DNA from: Octopus sinensis
Lineage: Eukaryota
Direction: 5' to 3'
Assembly: GCF_006345805.1 (NCBI RefSeq)
Contig: NC_043007.1
Coordinates: 20,584,001 to 20,648,000, forward strand
Length of the DNA: 64,000 nucleotides
Shown: positions 38,480 through 51,194 of the stretch, one piece after another
How the letters are laid out: the number at the start of each line of letters is the position of its first letter
How positions within the stretch are numbered: position 1 is the first letter of the stretch
Translations under genes and position numbers: made by a program
The notes under the pieces: generated by a model
What the model saw: only the letters and a program-made list of their open reading frames with translations
The model's database searches: none
Told to the model about the DNA's origin: nothing

Positions 38480-38526
38480 TTCATCAAAAGTTATTGGTTT
38501 CCAGGTTAATAAATAAAAGTCATTTC
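38480..38526 (-). CDS. Candidate small internal exon
   Basis: Acceptor TTCGTTTTGTAG, donor GAA|GTAAGT, and a single open frame xNDFYLLTWKPITFDE. No homologue recognised. Confidence 0.25.
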
Positions 38527-41354
38527 CTACAAAACGAAGCTATTCAAGAACAAAAGTGGACAGCAGAGAATTGGTTCGATATTATAAAGCAACCTGTATG
38601 ACATTGTCGTTATTGAAGTTAGATCTACCAAATATTGTAATTAGATTTCTAATTAACATGTGTGAAGCATGGCTATTTTTCTCCTCCTCATCTATATTGA
38701 ATGTTAATAGATGAGAATTAAAATGATTAAGAGTAAATACATGGGACACAATTACTTTTCTGAATAATTAGGACCTCCTTAATTACATTTAACTTTGATT
38801 GTGATGAGAATGTAAAGCTTATTGAAGACTTGTGTAGATTGATATCAATGGAAGTGTTTCATTAAGCATTCATAAGGAATTGTCATTAAGAAGACCTGCC
38901 CACCACAGCAGAATTGATATCCTAAAACCAAGGTGTGTGTGTGTGTGTGTGTGTGCATGCACATGCGCATGTGTGTGTGTGTTGAGTCTCAGGTCAGATG
39001 TTGAGTCTCATGGAGGTGATGACAAGTGACCAAGCGTTTTGGTAATTTGTTATGCTTGAGAAGACATGACAAACCGAGTGGGATCATAGTTATGGCCACC
39101 AGTGTCAGAGACATGTGAAAGGCACCTGTACCAGTGATGTGTAACAGGTACCCTGTCCTGGTGACACATAACAGGCACCAATGCCGGTGACACGTAAAAG
39201 ACATCTGTGCCAGTGACACATAAAAACCAGCCAGTGCACTCTGTGGAGAGGTTGGTGTTAGGAAAGGCATCCAGCTGTAAACATCAAGCCAAAACTCCGA
39301 GTAACAGGTTTTGTTGAATTTCTGCTGCTTTTAAATAAAGCATATTACTCTACCTCTGGCATTTGAGTACTCTTTTTCCACCTTGTTTCACATTTATGTG
39401 TTTACTCCGGTAATATGTATATATATATATATATATATAACCCATGGAAAGCAGAGGTTAAATGATGATGATGATATTCTGAGACCCCCTTCGGTCATGA
39501 ATGACCATAGGATTGCACCTAGAAAGTTACCCTCCCAGGCCCAAGTCCGGGCAAGTTTGTTTATGGAAGACCAGCAGTCGCCCATGCATATCGGCCTCCC
39601 CTCTCCACGCCACCAGTGTTATCCAAGGGAAAGGCAAAGGGGTCGATAAAGCTTGGCACCTGTGATGTCGCAACTCATTTCTACAGCTGAGTGAACTGGA
39701 GCAACGTGAAATAAAGGGTCTTGCTCAAGAATACAACACACAGCCCGGTTCGGGATTCGAGCTCACAACCTCACGATCGTAAGCTCGATGCTCTAACCAC
39801 TGAGCCATGTGCCTTCACTGATGATGATATATATATACATATATATATATATATGTATATATAATTAGAAAGAAGAAAAAGGAGGAAAAATGTATGATAC
39901 TATGATTACAAACTTTGTTGATATTTTCTTAAAAACTCTCTTCATATCCCCATTAATTATTTAATTCGTTATGCAAAATAAATACAATAGGTCTTTCTTG
40001 GCAACTGCACAAGGCTAGAGTTTGACAACAAACTTGTTTTCAAGTGCAACTTAATTCATAAGCCTCAAGCATTGTAACCTTTCTCTAATATTCATCTGTG
40101 GAGGCACGTGGCTTAGTGGTTAGGGCGTCAGCATCATGATCGTAAGATTGTGGTTTCGATTCCTGGACTGGGTAACACATTGTGTTCTTGAGCAAAACAC
40201 TTCATTTCACGTTGCTCCAGTCCACTCAGCTGGCAAAAATGAGTAATGCTGCGATGGACTGGCGTCCTGTCCAGCTGGGGAACATATACGCCATAGAAAC
40301 CGGGAAACCGGGCCCATGAACCTGGCTAGGCTTTACAAGGGCGCATTTATTTTGTGGAGGCTTGTGGCTTATTGGTTAGGGTGTCTGCATCATGATTGTA
40401 AGATTGTGGTTTCGATTCCTGGACCGGGCGACGCATTGTATTCTTGAGCAAAACACTTCATTTCACATTGCTCTAGTCCACTCAGCTGGCAAAAAGGAGT
40501 AACGCTGCGATGGACTGGCGTCCTGTCCAGCTGGGGAACATATACGCCATTGAAACCGGAAAACTGGGCCCATGAGCCTGGCTAGGCTTTAAAAGGGTGC
40601 ATTTATTTTATTTTTAATATTTATGTTACTATATAGGATAAAGTTTTCCCCCTTTGTTATACGTGAAAATTTCAAGATTGCATATTTTGTTTTTGTAGAA
40701 AAAAACTACAAAGAGAAAACGTCTTGTATAAATTCTGAATTCAGTTTGAACCTGTTGAAGCAACATAGTATAATTTTGGTTTCAAATTTTGGCACAGGCC
40801 TGGAATTTTGGAAGGAGAGAAGACGGAGGTGTATAGCCTATTACATCAATCCCAATGCTCAACTGGTTCTTATTTCATCAATCCCGAGAGAATGAAAAGC
40901 AAAGTCAACCTCAGCAGAATTTGAACTTAAAATGTAAAGACAGACAAAATACTACTAAGCACGTTGTCTAGTCATCGTCACCATCATTTAACATCTATTT
41001 TCCATGTTGGCATGGACTGGATGGTTTGACCAGGGCTGTGAAGCTGAGGGGTTGCACCAGACTTCAGTCTGACTTGGCATGGTTTCTATGACTGGATTCC
41101 CTTCCTAATGCCAACCACTCCAAGAGTGTAATGGTTGCTTTTATGTGCCACTGGCACAGGTGCCAGTTGCTTGACACCAGTATATGCCATGACTATGATT
41201 TCACTTGGCTTGAAGGGTCTTCTTCTTAAGCACAGCATATTGCCAAAGGTCTTGGTCATTTGTCATTGCTTCCATGAAGCCCAACGCTCAAAAGGTACTT
41301 TTTATGTGCCACCAGTGCAGGTGCCAGTTATGTGACACTGGCATTGGCCACAAC

Positions 41355-41830
41355 TATGGTGTGCTAATGGTTCTTATTTCTTTATTGCCCACAAGGGGCT
41401 AAACATAGAGGGGACAAACAAGGATAAACAAAGGGATTAAGTCAATTACATAGATGCCAGTGCATAACTGGTTCTAAATTTATCAACCCCGAAAGGATGA
41501 AAGGCAAAGTTGACCTCGGCAGAATTTGAACTCAGAACGTAAAGACAGACGAAATACGGCTAAGTATTTCGCCTGGCGTGCTAACGTTTCTGCCAGCTCG
41601 CTGGAGTGCTAATGATTCTTATTTCTTTATTTCCCACAAGGGGCTAGACATAGAGGGGACAGACAAGGACAGACAAAGGGGTTAAGTCGATTACATCGAC
41701 CCCAGTGTGTAACTGGTACTTAATTTATCGACCCCGAAAGGATGAAAGGCAAAGTCAACCTCGGCGGAATTTGAACTCAGAACATAACGGCAGAACGTAA
41801 CGGTGTGCTAATGATTTTGCCAGCTTGTTA
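41355..41830 (-). mobile_element. Two family A SINEs stacked at one target
   Basis: GTGCTAATG(G/A)TT recurs at about 41360, 41606 and 41805, bracketing two SINE copies. Confidence 0.7.
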
Positions 41831-43268
41831 CCTTATACACCATATAACATTACATATCGTTGCTATTATGTAAAAGTGTCATAAGTTCCAAAGTGTAGCT
41901 TTTTCAGAAAACAAAAATATAATTTCAGCATTCCATTTCTTTTCACATTAGCTACGGAGTGGCTGTGTGGTAAGTAGCTTGCTAACCAGCCACATGGTTC
42001 CGGGTTCAGTCCCACTGCGTGGCATCTTGGGCAAGTGTCTTCTGCTATAGCCCCGGGCCGACCAATACCTTGTGAGTGGATTTGGCAGACGGAAACTGAA
42101 AGAAGCCTGTCGTATATATGTATATATATATATGTGTGTTTGTGTGTCTGTGTTTGTGTTTGTCCCCCTAGCATTGCTTGACAACCGATGCTGGTGTGTT
42201 TACGTCCCCGTCACTTAGCGGTTCGGCAAAAGAGACCGATAGAATAAGTACTGGGCTTACAAAGAATAAGTCCTGGGGTCGATTTGCTCGACTAAAGGCG
42301 GTGCTCCAGCATGGCCGCAGTCAAATGAGTGAAACAAGTAAAAGAGTAAAAAAAAAGAGAGAGTAAAGAGTTTCAGCTCAACAATAACACTTTGTTTGGT
42401 GCATAAAATCCTAACTTCATGCTTGTATGTTATTTTCAATCAGAAATATTTTTGCAAAACTGTCGTATATGTGGTGGGGCTTACTACACTCTTGAAAAAT
42501 GCTAAACCATTATACTACGCTTCAGCGAGCCCTGGAATTTGATAAGTCCTTGTACTGAAGCAGCTGGAGATACGATAGTTTGATCAAAAGAACTGGCTAT
42601 TGCAAGCAAAATTAAATATTGAAAAACAAAAAAAAAACGCATTTGGTCAAATTTGGACATACAACAGTTTAACATAATAGCAATGATACTTTTTTTTTTA
42701 CGACCAGTCCATCAGATGTAGTTACACATCGCTGGCCACCATGCGTTCGCATTGTTTTAGCCTTCGAATGACGCCACCCTGCTGGCTAAACGAGTAGGCC
42801 AACAGAAGAAAGAGTGAAAGAAAGAGTGGTGAAAGAGTACAGCAGGGATCACGACCCCCTGCCGGAGCCAGGGAGCTCTTAGGTGTTTTCACTCAATAAA
42901 CACTCACAACACCCGGTCTGGGAATCGAAACCGCGATCCTACGACCGCGAGTCTGCTGCCCTAACCACTGGGCCATTGCGCCTCCACAATAGCAATGATA
43001 TATTTTAGTTATTGCATGTGCAAAGAATGATAACTGTGAAATTATGTATTAAACTCTCTTAAATATCAACGCAGTTTATACGAACAGTGTGACATTATAT
43101 CAGTAAAAGAGATAATAGTTATTTTAGACGTTTAACCTTTTCTAGAAGAGACTTCAGCAAATCCAACTCATGTGAAGTGTTTTATATTTATGCATCCTAG
43201 AAAATGCTCATTGCACACTTTTTCTACATGTGTGTGTGTGTGTGTATGTGACTATAACATTTAGCTTA

Positions 43269-43778
43269 CCGTAAATCCTCGAGTATAATCTGCATTTTTC
43301 CCTCAAAATTTAAAGGTCAAAATCCCTAGTGCGTACTATATACGAGGTTGAAAATGAAAATTATTTTCTAAGCAATATCCGAGTCTCTATTTGCGGTCAA
43401 GCAATGTTTATTCAGACGCATTTTCTGATGTTGGGCGCCAAAATATCTTAAGCTAAGCCTGAAAGCAATGAAGTCATAAAAGAATCATCCATAACTTGCA
43501 GTAAGCAACATTTATTAAACGTTATTACTGTTATTTCTTTATTTTCTGCAAGCAAAATGCACAAAAATCTACACGTTTGCATTATGTTATATATACAATA
43601 ACAATAAAGGATGTTACTGTATACATTTTTATAAACCAAGGACGTTATATAGATCTCCTTGACTCAAGTTCAAGAAGGGGTGTGTATTATACACAAGGTT
43701 AGGTTTTTCAGTGGTACAGCCCCCTATAAATCCCCTGCGTATTATACTCAAGGGCGGACTATACTCGAGGATTTACGG
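43269..43778. mobile_element. Tc1/mariner (pogo-like) MITE, 510 bp
   Basis: Perfect 19-bp TIRs CCGTAAATCCTCGAGTATA and TATACTCGAGGATTTACGG, a TA TSD on both sides, and subterminal GCGTAYTATA repeats. Confidence 0.9.
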
Positions 43779-44010
43779 TATATGATAGTGTCATAAGCTT
43801 GAATACCTAATGACTTTGGAACAATATGAATGAGTGAGACAAAATTTTAGATAAGAAAATAAAATAAATAAGAAAGTAACAGACAACATTAACAAATAGA
43901 AACAACTTATAAAAATTCTATATAAAGCAATTGTGAAGGAAATCTCGTTATATGCCATGGAAATTTACATTCTTGTTCAAAACAAATTTAATATTGCTAA
44001 CATTTTTTTC

Positions 44011-44421
44011 GGATCTTTTCGGTTTGAACGGCAGTTTTTTCTAGCGGTGTCATATGAAATTGTCACCCATAATTATGACCCTAATACCGATCTATTGCAT
44101 TTCAATCTGTTTTAGGGTTAGGGGTGGGGGAAGGGTATCATTTTTTCTTCACAAATGTAAATAAACCTAATCTGTTTCTTAAACGAGGGACATATTCATA
44201 CGGCACAGAATGTTTGTTACCTCAATAGACGTCAGTGATTGGTTGAAATTGCAGAAATTGAAGAAAAAAAACAACAAATATCTTACAAACTATAGAATTT
44301 TCTCAAGAAAGCCAAGAGAAAATGATGTTTTATAAACACATTCTACCAGTATACAAAGTTAAAAATTTTTTAGTTACCTAGAAATTATTTTTAAAAACTG
44401 CCATTCAAACCGAAAAGATCC
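44011..44421 (+). mobile_element. MITE with GG termini and 8-bp TSD (Merlin-like), copy 1
   Basis: ~29-bp TIR GGATCTTTTCGGTTTGAACGGCAGTTTTT; TSD TTTTTTTC. Confidence 0.85.
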
Positions 44422-45489
44422 TTTTTTTCTGATGTCTGAATAAGATTTATGAATAAGAATTTTGAAAAGCAGTCAAGTTGTTCTCATAGAAAATAGCCTC
44501 TTAGAGTAGAATACCATTTTTTGTATTTTTCTATAGATTATACTTGATGACTGATTTTCTAATACTATCTGGAGTAACCCATTGTTTTTGAAAATATACA
44601 GGAAAAGAGTAAAATATAAAACAAAACAAAATACCCTTTTTTGCCCATTTTCTTTGAAGCTTGATATAAGGATCTATTTTTGGTGAACTTCAAATATTTT
44701 GGCAGTAGATTGAGCTTCATTCTTTTAGTTTGCAGAAACACACAAAAGACCAAAATAAGCAAAAACGAAACACTCTTGCTACCTGTAGATCTTTATGGCA
44801 CAAAGAAAAGGCATAAGATCAAACTTTGGAACTGCTTCAGCTTGGCGTCATTTCTTGCAGAACATCTTGAAAGTAGTTCTGTCTGTTGTTGTACCATCAT
44901 CATAATTATCATTGTTGCCAATGCTGTGATTGTCATCATTATTTAACGTCCACTTTTCATGCTGGCACAGGGGAGGTGCAATGGCCCAGTGGTTAGGGCA
45001 GCAGTCTCCCGGTCGGAGGATTGCGGTTTCGAATCTCAGACTGGGCGTTGTGTGTTTATTGAGCGAAAACACCTAAAGCTCCACAAGGCTCCGGCAGTGG
45101 GTGGTGGCAACCCCTGTTGTACTCTTTCACCCCAACTTTCTCTCACTCTTTCTTTCTGTTTCTTGGGTAACACTGCGATGGACTGACCACTAAGCCATGC
45201 ACCTCCACAAGAAGAGACATATGGCTGGAAAAGATAAGAGGAAGGTAGTGGTGGGGTGCTTGACCAAATTCTCAAGGGACAAGAGACTTAGAATAAGAGA
45301 GGATAGGGACAGGGGCCCAAGGAAGGGGATGAGGGAGCTGCATGAAGCAACATTTAATAAAGTCATATTTAACTTGGTTGAGCACGCTCGGATGAGAAAA
45401 GATACACTGCTGTGGAAATAATCCTAGGACGAAACGCTCTTCCTAGACAACATATGATGTCATTGGATTGTAAAGGGCATGTGTTTCTA

Positions 45490-45640
45490 TCATTCTGCCA
45501 TTCTGTGTGCTGTGTTCTGTCATTCTATCATTCGGTGTTCTGTCATTCTGTGTACTGTGTTCTGTCATTTTCTGCAGTGTTCTGTCATTCTGTGTGCTGT
45601 GTTCTGTCATTTTGTGCAGTGTTCTGTCATTCTGTGTTCT
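45490..45640. repeat. GTGTTCTGTCATTCT-based minisatellite, followed by (GAT/GGT)n and (GT)n
   Basis: Directly visible. Confidence 0.85.
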
Positions 45641-45864
45641 GGGTTGTCCTGATGATGATGATGGGGATGATGATAGTGATGGGGATGATGATGACAATGA
45701 TGAGGATGGTTGTGATGATGATGATAATGTTGACGGTGGTGATAACAGTGGTGATGAGGATAATGCTGGTGGTGGTGGTGAGGATGATGATGGTGATGGT
45801 GGTGATGACAATGATGATGATGATGTTGATCATGAAGACAATAATGATGATGGTGATGATGACA

Positions 45865-45917
<53 letters not shown>

Positions 45918-48084
45918 TGTGTGTGTATGAATGTATAAAGTAAAAGACACGATCTCCAACCAAAACACCCCTAAGCCCTTGTGACCCCTTGTATAGGCAT
46001 CCCAGTGATTTATTTCAGTTGTTCAGTCCAGTGTTACAATTGTCATATTTTTTTTTAAATGTCATCCATTTTTTTTTTCCTAAAAATTTTTTAAAGAAAT
46101 TTTATTCAAAAAAATTTCCTGTCGTTGAAGAAAACTTGATTTTTGTTTCTTTTGTCCCATCAACAATTGATGATAAAAATATGCTGATTATGAAGCATGG
46201 ATGAAATCAATGATTACCGAGAGACCACTTCAGCCAGCACATATCAGTATTTTGCACAAAACAGTCACAGTGAAATATTATTATCGTTCATAAATCAATA
46301 CAACAGTTCTTTGCTGATGAGATAATCCAGGCCATTGTATTTTTCAACATCTAACTGATACAGGATTTGTATAGATTAAAGAACAAGATGAGGTTTATTG
46401 TTCCGCCGAAGCAGAAGAAAATAAAGCTTCATCACAATTTTTTTTTTTTAATAAGTGAATGGATATTCCCCTTTCTATGTTTAGGTATGATGTTTGAGAG
46501 GATGATTAAAAAAAAGAGTCTTTAATACTCCGAATCAGCTTGAAGCTTTTATTGTCTTCGGTAAAACTTATTTTAATTTGCACAATAAAAAGAGCTGTTC
46601 AGTAGTTTAACTCTTTCCCCCTCTATTTTTAAATGTTATACAAGAATAGAACAGGTTTTGATGTGGGTACCAACAAAATTTTTGCAAAAGCAAGGCAAAT
46701 TCTCTTCATATGAGCAAATATTCGATAAGTGTTGCTTAACTTTCTAATCAAACATCCTGCCACTGGATTGTGTTCATCATCATTATGTATCATCATCATC
46801 ATCATCATTACTATTATCATCATCATCAGTCGTAAGAGGCAGCAACAGCAGCATCCCTGACTTTCTACGCAACCGCTGAGCCTAGATGCTCATTCATCCA
46901 TCCGTTGATGCTCTCAGTGTCGGGGGTCGAGCTGCTTTCTCTTCTGCGGGTCTTACGAATAGCAAAGGACCACGTTTCAGACTTCTCCCATCTTGTGAGC
47001 TCTGGGACGAAGACCATTCGCTCAACAGCAACAGCAACACCAACAGCAGCAGCAGCACCACCACCACCACCACCATTATCATCATCTTCTTCAATGACAT
47101 CGTCATCGTCATCATCAGTGGCAAAAGGCACTGGTATTTCCGTCATCAATGAACTGTTTGGTATTTCATTCAGTTTTTCACATGTAGCTATTGTACCAAG
47201 ATTATGCCATGTGGTTTCACACCATGAAACAAAACGAACCACCTCTCCAACAATTCTTCAATATTGACCCTTCTTTTCATTTCTATTTACCAACATTTTT
47301 CATCAGGTCATAGAAAATAATTCTACTCCACAGTGTAAATCACAACTGTCATGATTTGAAAGTTTCCAGGCTAATTGTTAGGGTGCTGTAATCACAATCG
47401 CAAGATTGTAGTTTTGATTCCCAGACTGGGTAGTGTGTTGTGTTCTTGAGCAAAACACTTCATTTCACGTTGCTCTGCAATCATTTCACCATTGATAAGT
47501 CCTGGGGTTGATTTGCTCGGCTAAAAGGCGGTGCTCCAGCATGGCTGCCGTCAAATAACTGAAGCAAGTAAAAGAGTAAAAAAGAGTATAGTAAAACAAC
47601 TATCTCTGTCCCTCTCTTGTACTCTAACCTCTCACTTGACACAGAGTCACTCCCCTCAGTTTCACTCTCCCTCTCAACTAAGTGGTCTTTGTTTTGCAAG
47701 CGACTTGGTAACCCTGCTGATGCTGGTGCCACATAAAAAGCTTCTATGCTGGTGTCACATATCAAGCACCCTGTACACACTTTAAAGTGGTTGGCATTAG
47801 GAAGGGCATCCAGCTGTAGAAACCATGCCAAAACAGACAAGTGGAGCCTGGTGCAGCTCTTTGGCTTGTCTGCTCCTATCAAACCATCCAAACCATGCCA
47901 GCATGGAAAACAGACATTAAATGATGATGATGATAATGGTGATAATGTTTGAAGGCAGTTTTCTACTCTAAGAGACATATAACTATCTTTGATGTTCATA
48001 GATGGTTATCTGCTCCAGAAGATTGGTCTCAACCATTAATGTTTAAAGAAGTCTTCTGGCATCAGACATATCAGAAATATAGCA

Positions 48085-48560
48085 AGCTGGCAGAAATGTC
48101 AGCACACCAGGCGAAATGCTTGGCCATATTTCGTCTGCCGCTACATTCTAAGTTCAAATTCCACCGAGGTCGACTTTGCCTTTCATCTTTTCGGGGTTGA
48201 TAAATTAAGTACCTATTTCTTTACTACCCACAAGGGGCTAAACATAGAGTGGACAGACAAGGACAGACGAAGGGATTAAGTCGATTACATTGACCCCAGT
48301 GCGTAACTGGTACTTAATTTATTGACCCTGAAAGGATGAAAGGCAAAGTTGACCCTGGCGGAATTTGAACTCACAACGTAACGGTGGCATATGAAATGCC
48401 ACAAAGCATTTCACCCAATGTGCTAACACTTCTGCCAGCTTGCCGCCTTGATAAATTAAGTACCAGTTACGCACTGGGGTCGATCTAATCGACTTAATCC
48501 GTTTGTCTGTCCTTGTTTGTCCCCTCTATGTTTAGCCCTTTGTGGGTAGTAAAGAAATAA
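48085..48560. mobile_element. Family A SINE (+) with a second family A SINE (-) nested inside it
   Basis: The inner copy at 48213-48449 is flanked by the TSD GATAAATTAAGTAC. The outer copy is flanked by the TSD AGAAATATAGCAA. Confidence 0.85.
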
Positions 48561-49638
48561 GAAATATAGCAACTTTCAATGTTTGAGAGAAGTTTCCTGT
48601 TTTCAAAGACATGTTATGGTCTTTGATGCTTGAAGGAGGTTCCTGTTCTATAAGACATCCTTCAACATTTGCAGGAGGTCTTCTGATATGAGCAAGAGGT
48701 TGAAATTTCCAATTTTTGAAGAGGGTATCTTACACCTTGACTCTATAAGTGATAGTTCTTGCTCTAGAAGAGAGAGAGAGTGCAAACTTCAAGGCTTGAG
48801 TGAGATGTCCTCTTCTAAAAGATTGGTTACAAGTTCTAGTGTTTGAAGAGCCAAAATTCTTGAGGTGAAATAAACTTCTTTTCTTGAAAATGTTTTTCCA
48901 TATGTATTCTCTATTTTCTGGGTTCATATCCATCCAAGAAGAGTGAGGTCAATAAAATAAATACCAGTCATATCACACGGTTGATAAAATTAATCAAAGT
49001 TCTTTTCTACAAATTGCTGTCTTTGAATCAATGTAAAAAAAACAAGAAATTTAAGAATAGCAACATTGAAGACAACCATGTTTACAAAGTGCCTGCTTAA
49101 GCGCACATTGTAATATTTTTTCTTCTTTGCTCTGAGCTCAGTCCAGATGAGGGCTAAACATACCTTTCAGATTTATCAGTGGGATCAATAAAAATGAAAA
49201 AAATTATAAGTATATCGTGAGATTGATACAATTGACTACAGAAACTGTCAAAGGAATTCTATACATTTTCAAAATAAAAGACTATTTGAAGTAAAAAAAA
49301 AACAACAGAGAACTCTAAAAATTTTTTGGTATTATTTATTACACATTACATATGTTTCATTACTCATAGGGGTTACATAGGTATACACGTGAAAAAAACA
49401 TGTAAGACATCTCCTATTAATAATTATTCAGATCAAGATTTTAATATGTAATTACTCTGTAATAACTATTTGTCCAGTATTTAACAGTATTCTCCAATAT
49501 TTTCAACTCCCATATAAATTATAACTTCGATAAATATACTTTGGAGAACTGGAATATGCAGACATACTTCATGAAGAAACAGCTCAGACTATAATCCTAT
49601 CTACTACATACTATATATATATATATACATATATATAT

Positions 49639-50001
49639 GATCAAAATAAGCAACAAGGATATCCAAGGTAGTGTAGTACAATCGTTTCATGCTACTTCAT
49701 TTAATTAAACAATGCAAGTATACATCAATTTTAAAATGTAGAGCACTCTTCAGCCACATATGGAATTTTAAAAATTAAATTGACAATGTTCATTTTTATA
49801 CTTATTCCATTTGCCAACATTATAAAGAGGGTAGGTCTATAGACAGAGAGGTGAATTTTACCAAAAACAAAATTCTATATGTGGCTGAAGAGTGGTCTAC
49901 ATTTTAAAATTGATGTAATACTTACATTATTTAATTAAATGAAGTAGCATGAAACGATTGTACTGCATTACCTTTGGATATCCTTGTTGCTTATTTTGAT
50001 T
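49639..50001. mobile_element. PLE-like inverted pseudo-LTR pair, each arm with a hammerhead motif
   Basis: Arms at about 49639-49770 and 49868-50001. Plus 49880-49967 reads TGTGG CTGAAGA GTG...CAT GAAAC GATT GTA CTGCA. The mirror copy is on minus 49758-49672. Confidence 0.7.
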
Positions 50002-50098
50002 ATAATCACCGCATTTGATTTATATGGATAATACCATACCAAATTCTAGTGCCTTTAACTTAAGTACCATATTCATCTGAATCTAAATTTTTGCTGAA

Positions 50099-50142
<44 letters not shown>

Positions 50143-50581
50143 TAGATAGATAGATATAGATATAATATGTGTGTGTGTTTTATAATATCAAGTAATATAT
50201 TCCTGGTTATGGTATATATAACAAGTCAGAATGTTACCAATGGTTCTGCACTGACTATCACATTTAGTAATATTGGTAACTTTTCAGGGTGTCTGAAGAG
50301 ATGTCAATATTGCCAAGTGCAACAGTTGGCACAGAACCATCAGTGACATTCTAATCAGTTACATGCCACAACATGGAATATTCTATTCAACATTATAAAA
50401 GCAAAAACTGATCAATTTCTCTTTTAGACTATTCTGGTTTTTTTTTCTTCTCACTTATGGACAACTAATCAATATATGAACATACATACATACATACATA
50501 CATAATACATACATGCATACATACATATATACAAATATATGTATATATATATATATACATGTATGTATGTGTATATATATA

Positions 50582-50651
<70 letters not shown>

Positions 50652-50707
50652 CATATATATATATATACATACATACATTCATATATATATATATTATATA
50701 TATATGG

Positions 50708-50746
<39 letters not shown>

Positions 50747-50807
50747 TGCATACATAGACATATATATATATATATGTATATATATATATGTATATACATA
50801 TAAACAC

Positions 50808-50875
<68 letters not shown>

Positions 50876-51194
50876 CATATATAAATGTATATTAGAAGGT
50901 TTGGAGATGATGTACAGGTATTATATATTAGAAGAAATGAGGTACTCAGAAATCTGGATGGTTTTATATTTACAGATATTTATTAATATGTCACATGTTT
51001 TTATAAATCATATATAAGCGCTTGCATCTACTCTAGTGGAATCTTCGGAATTACAGGATTCATTACAAATGTATTCTTTAATACATTATAACTGAAAGGT
51101 TTCTATTTCCAATACTCAGAGTTGCTCATATCTGATCATCAGCTGGCAAACCGAGCCTGCTTTTCTTTTGAAATACTCACTGTCTGAATTTTTT

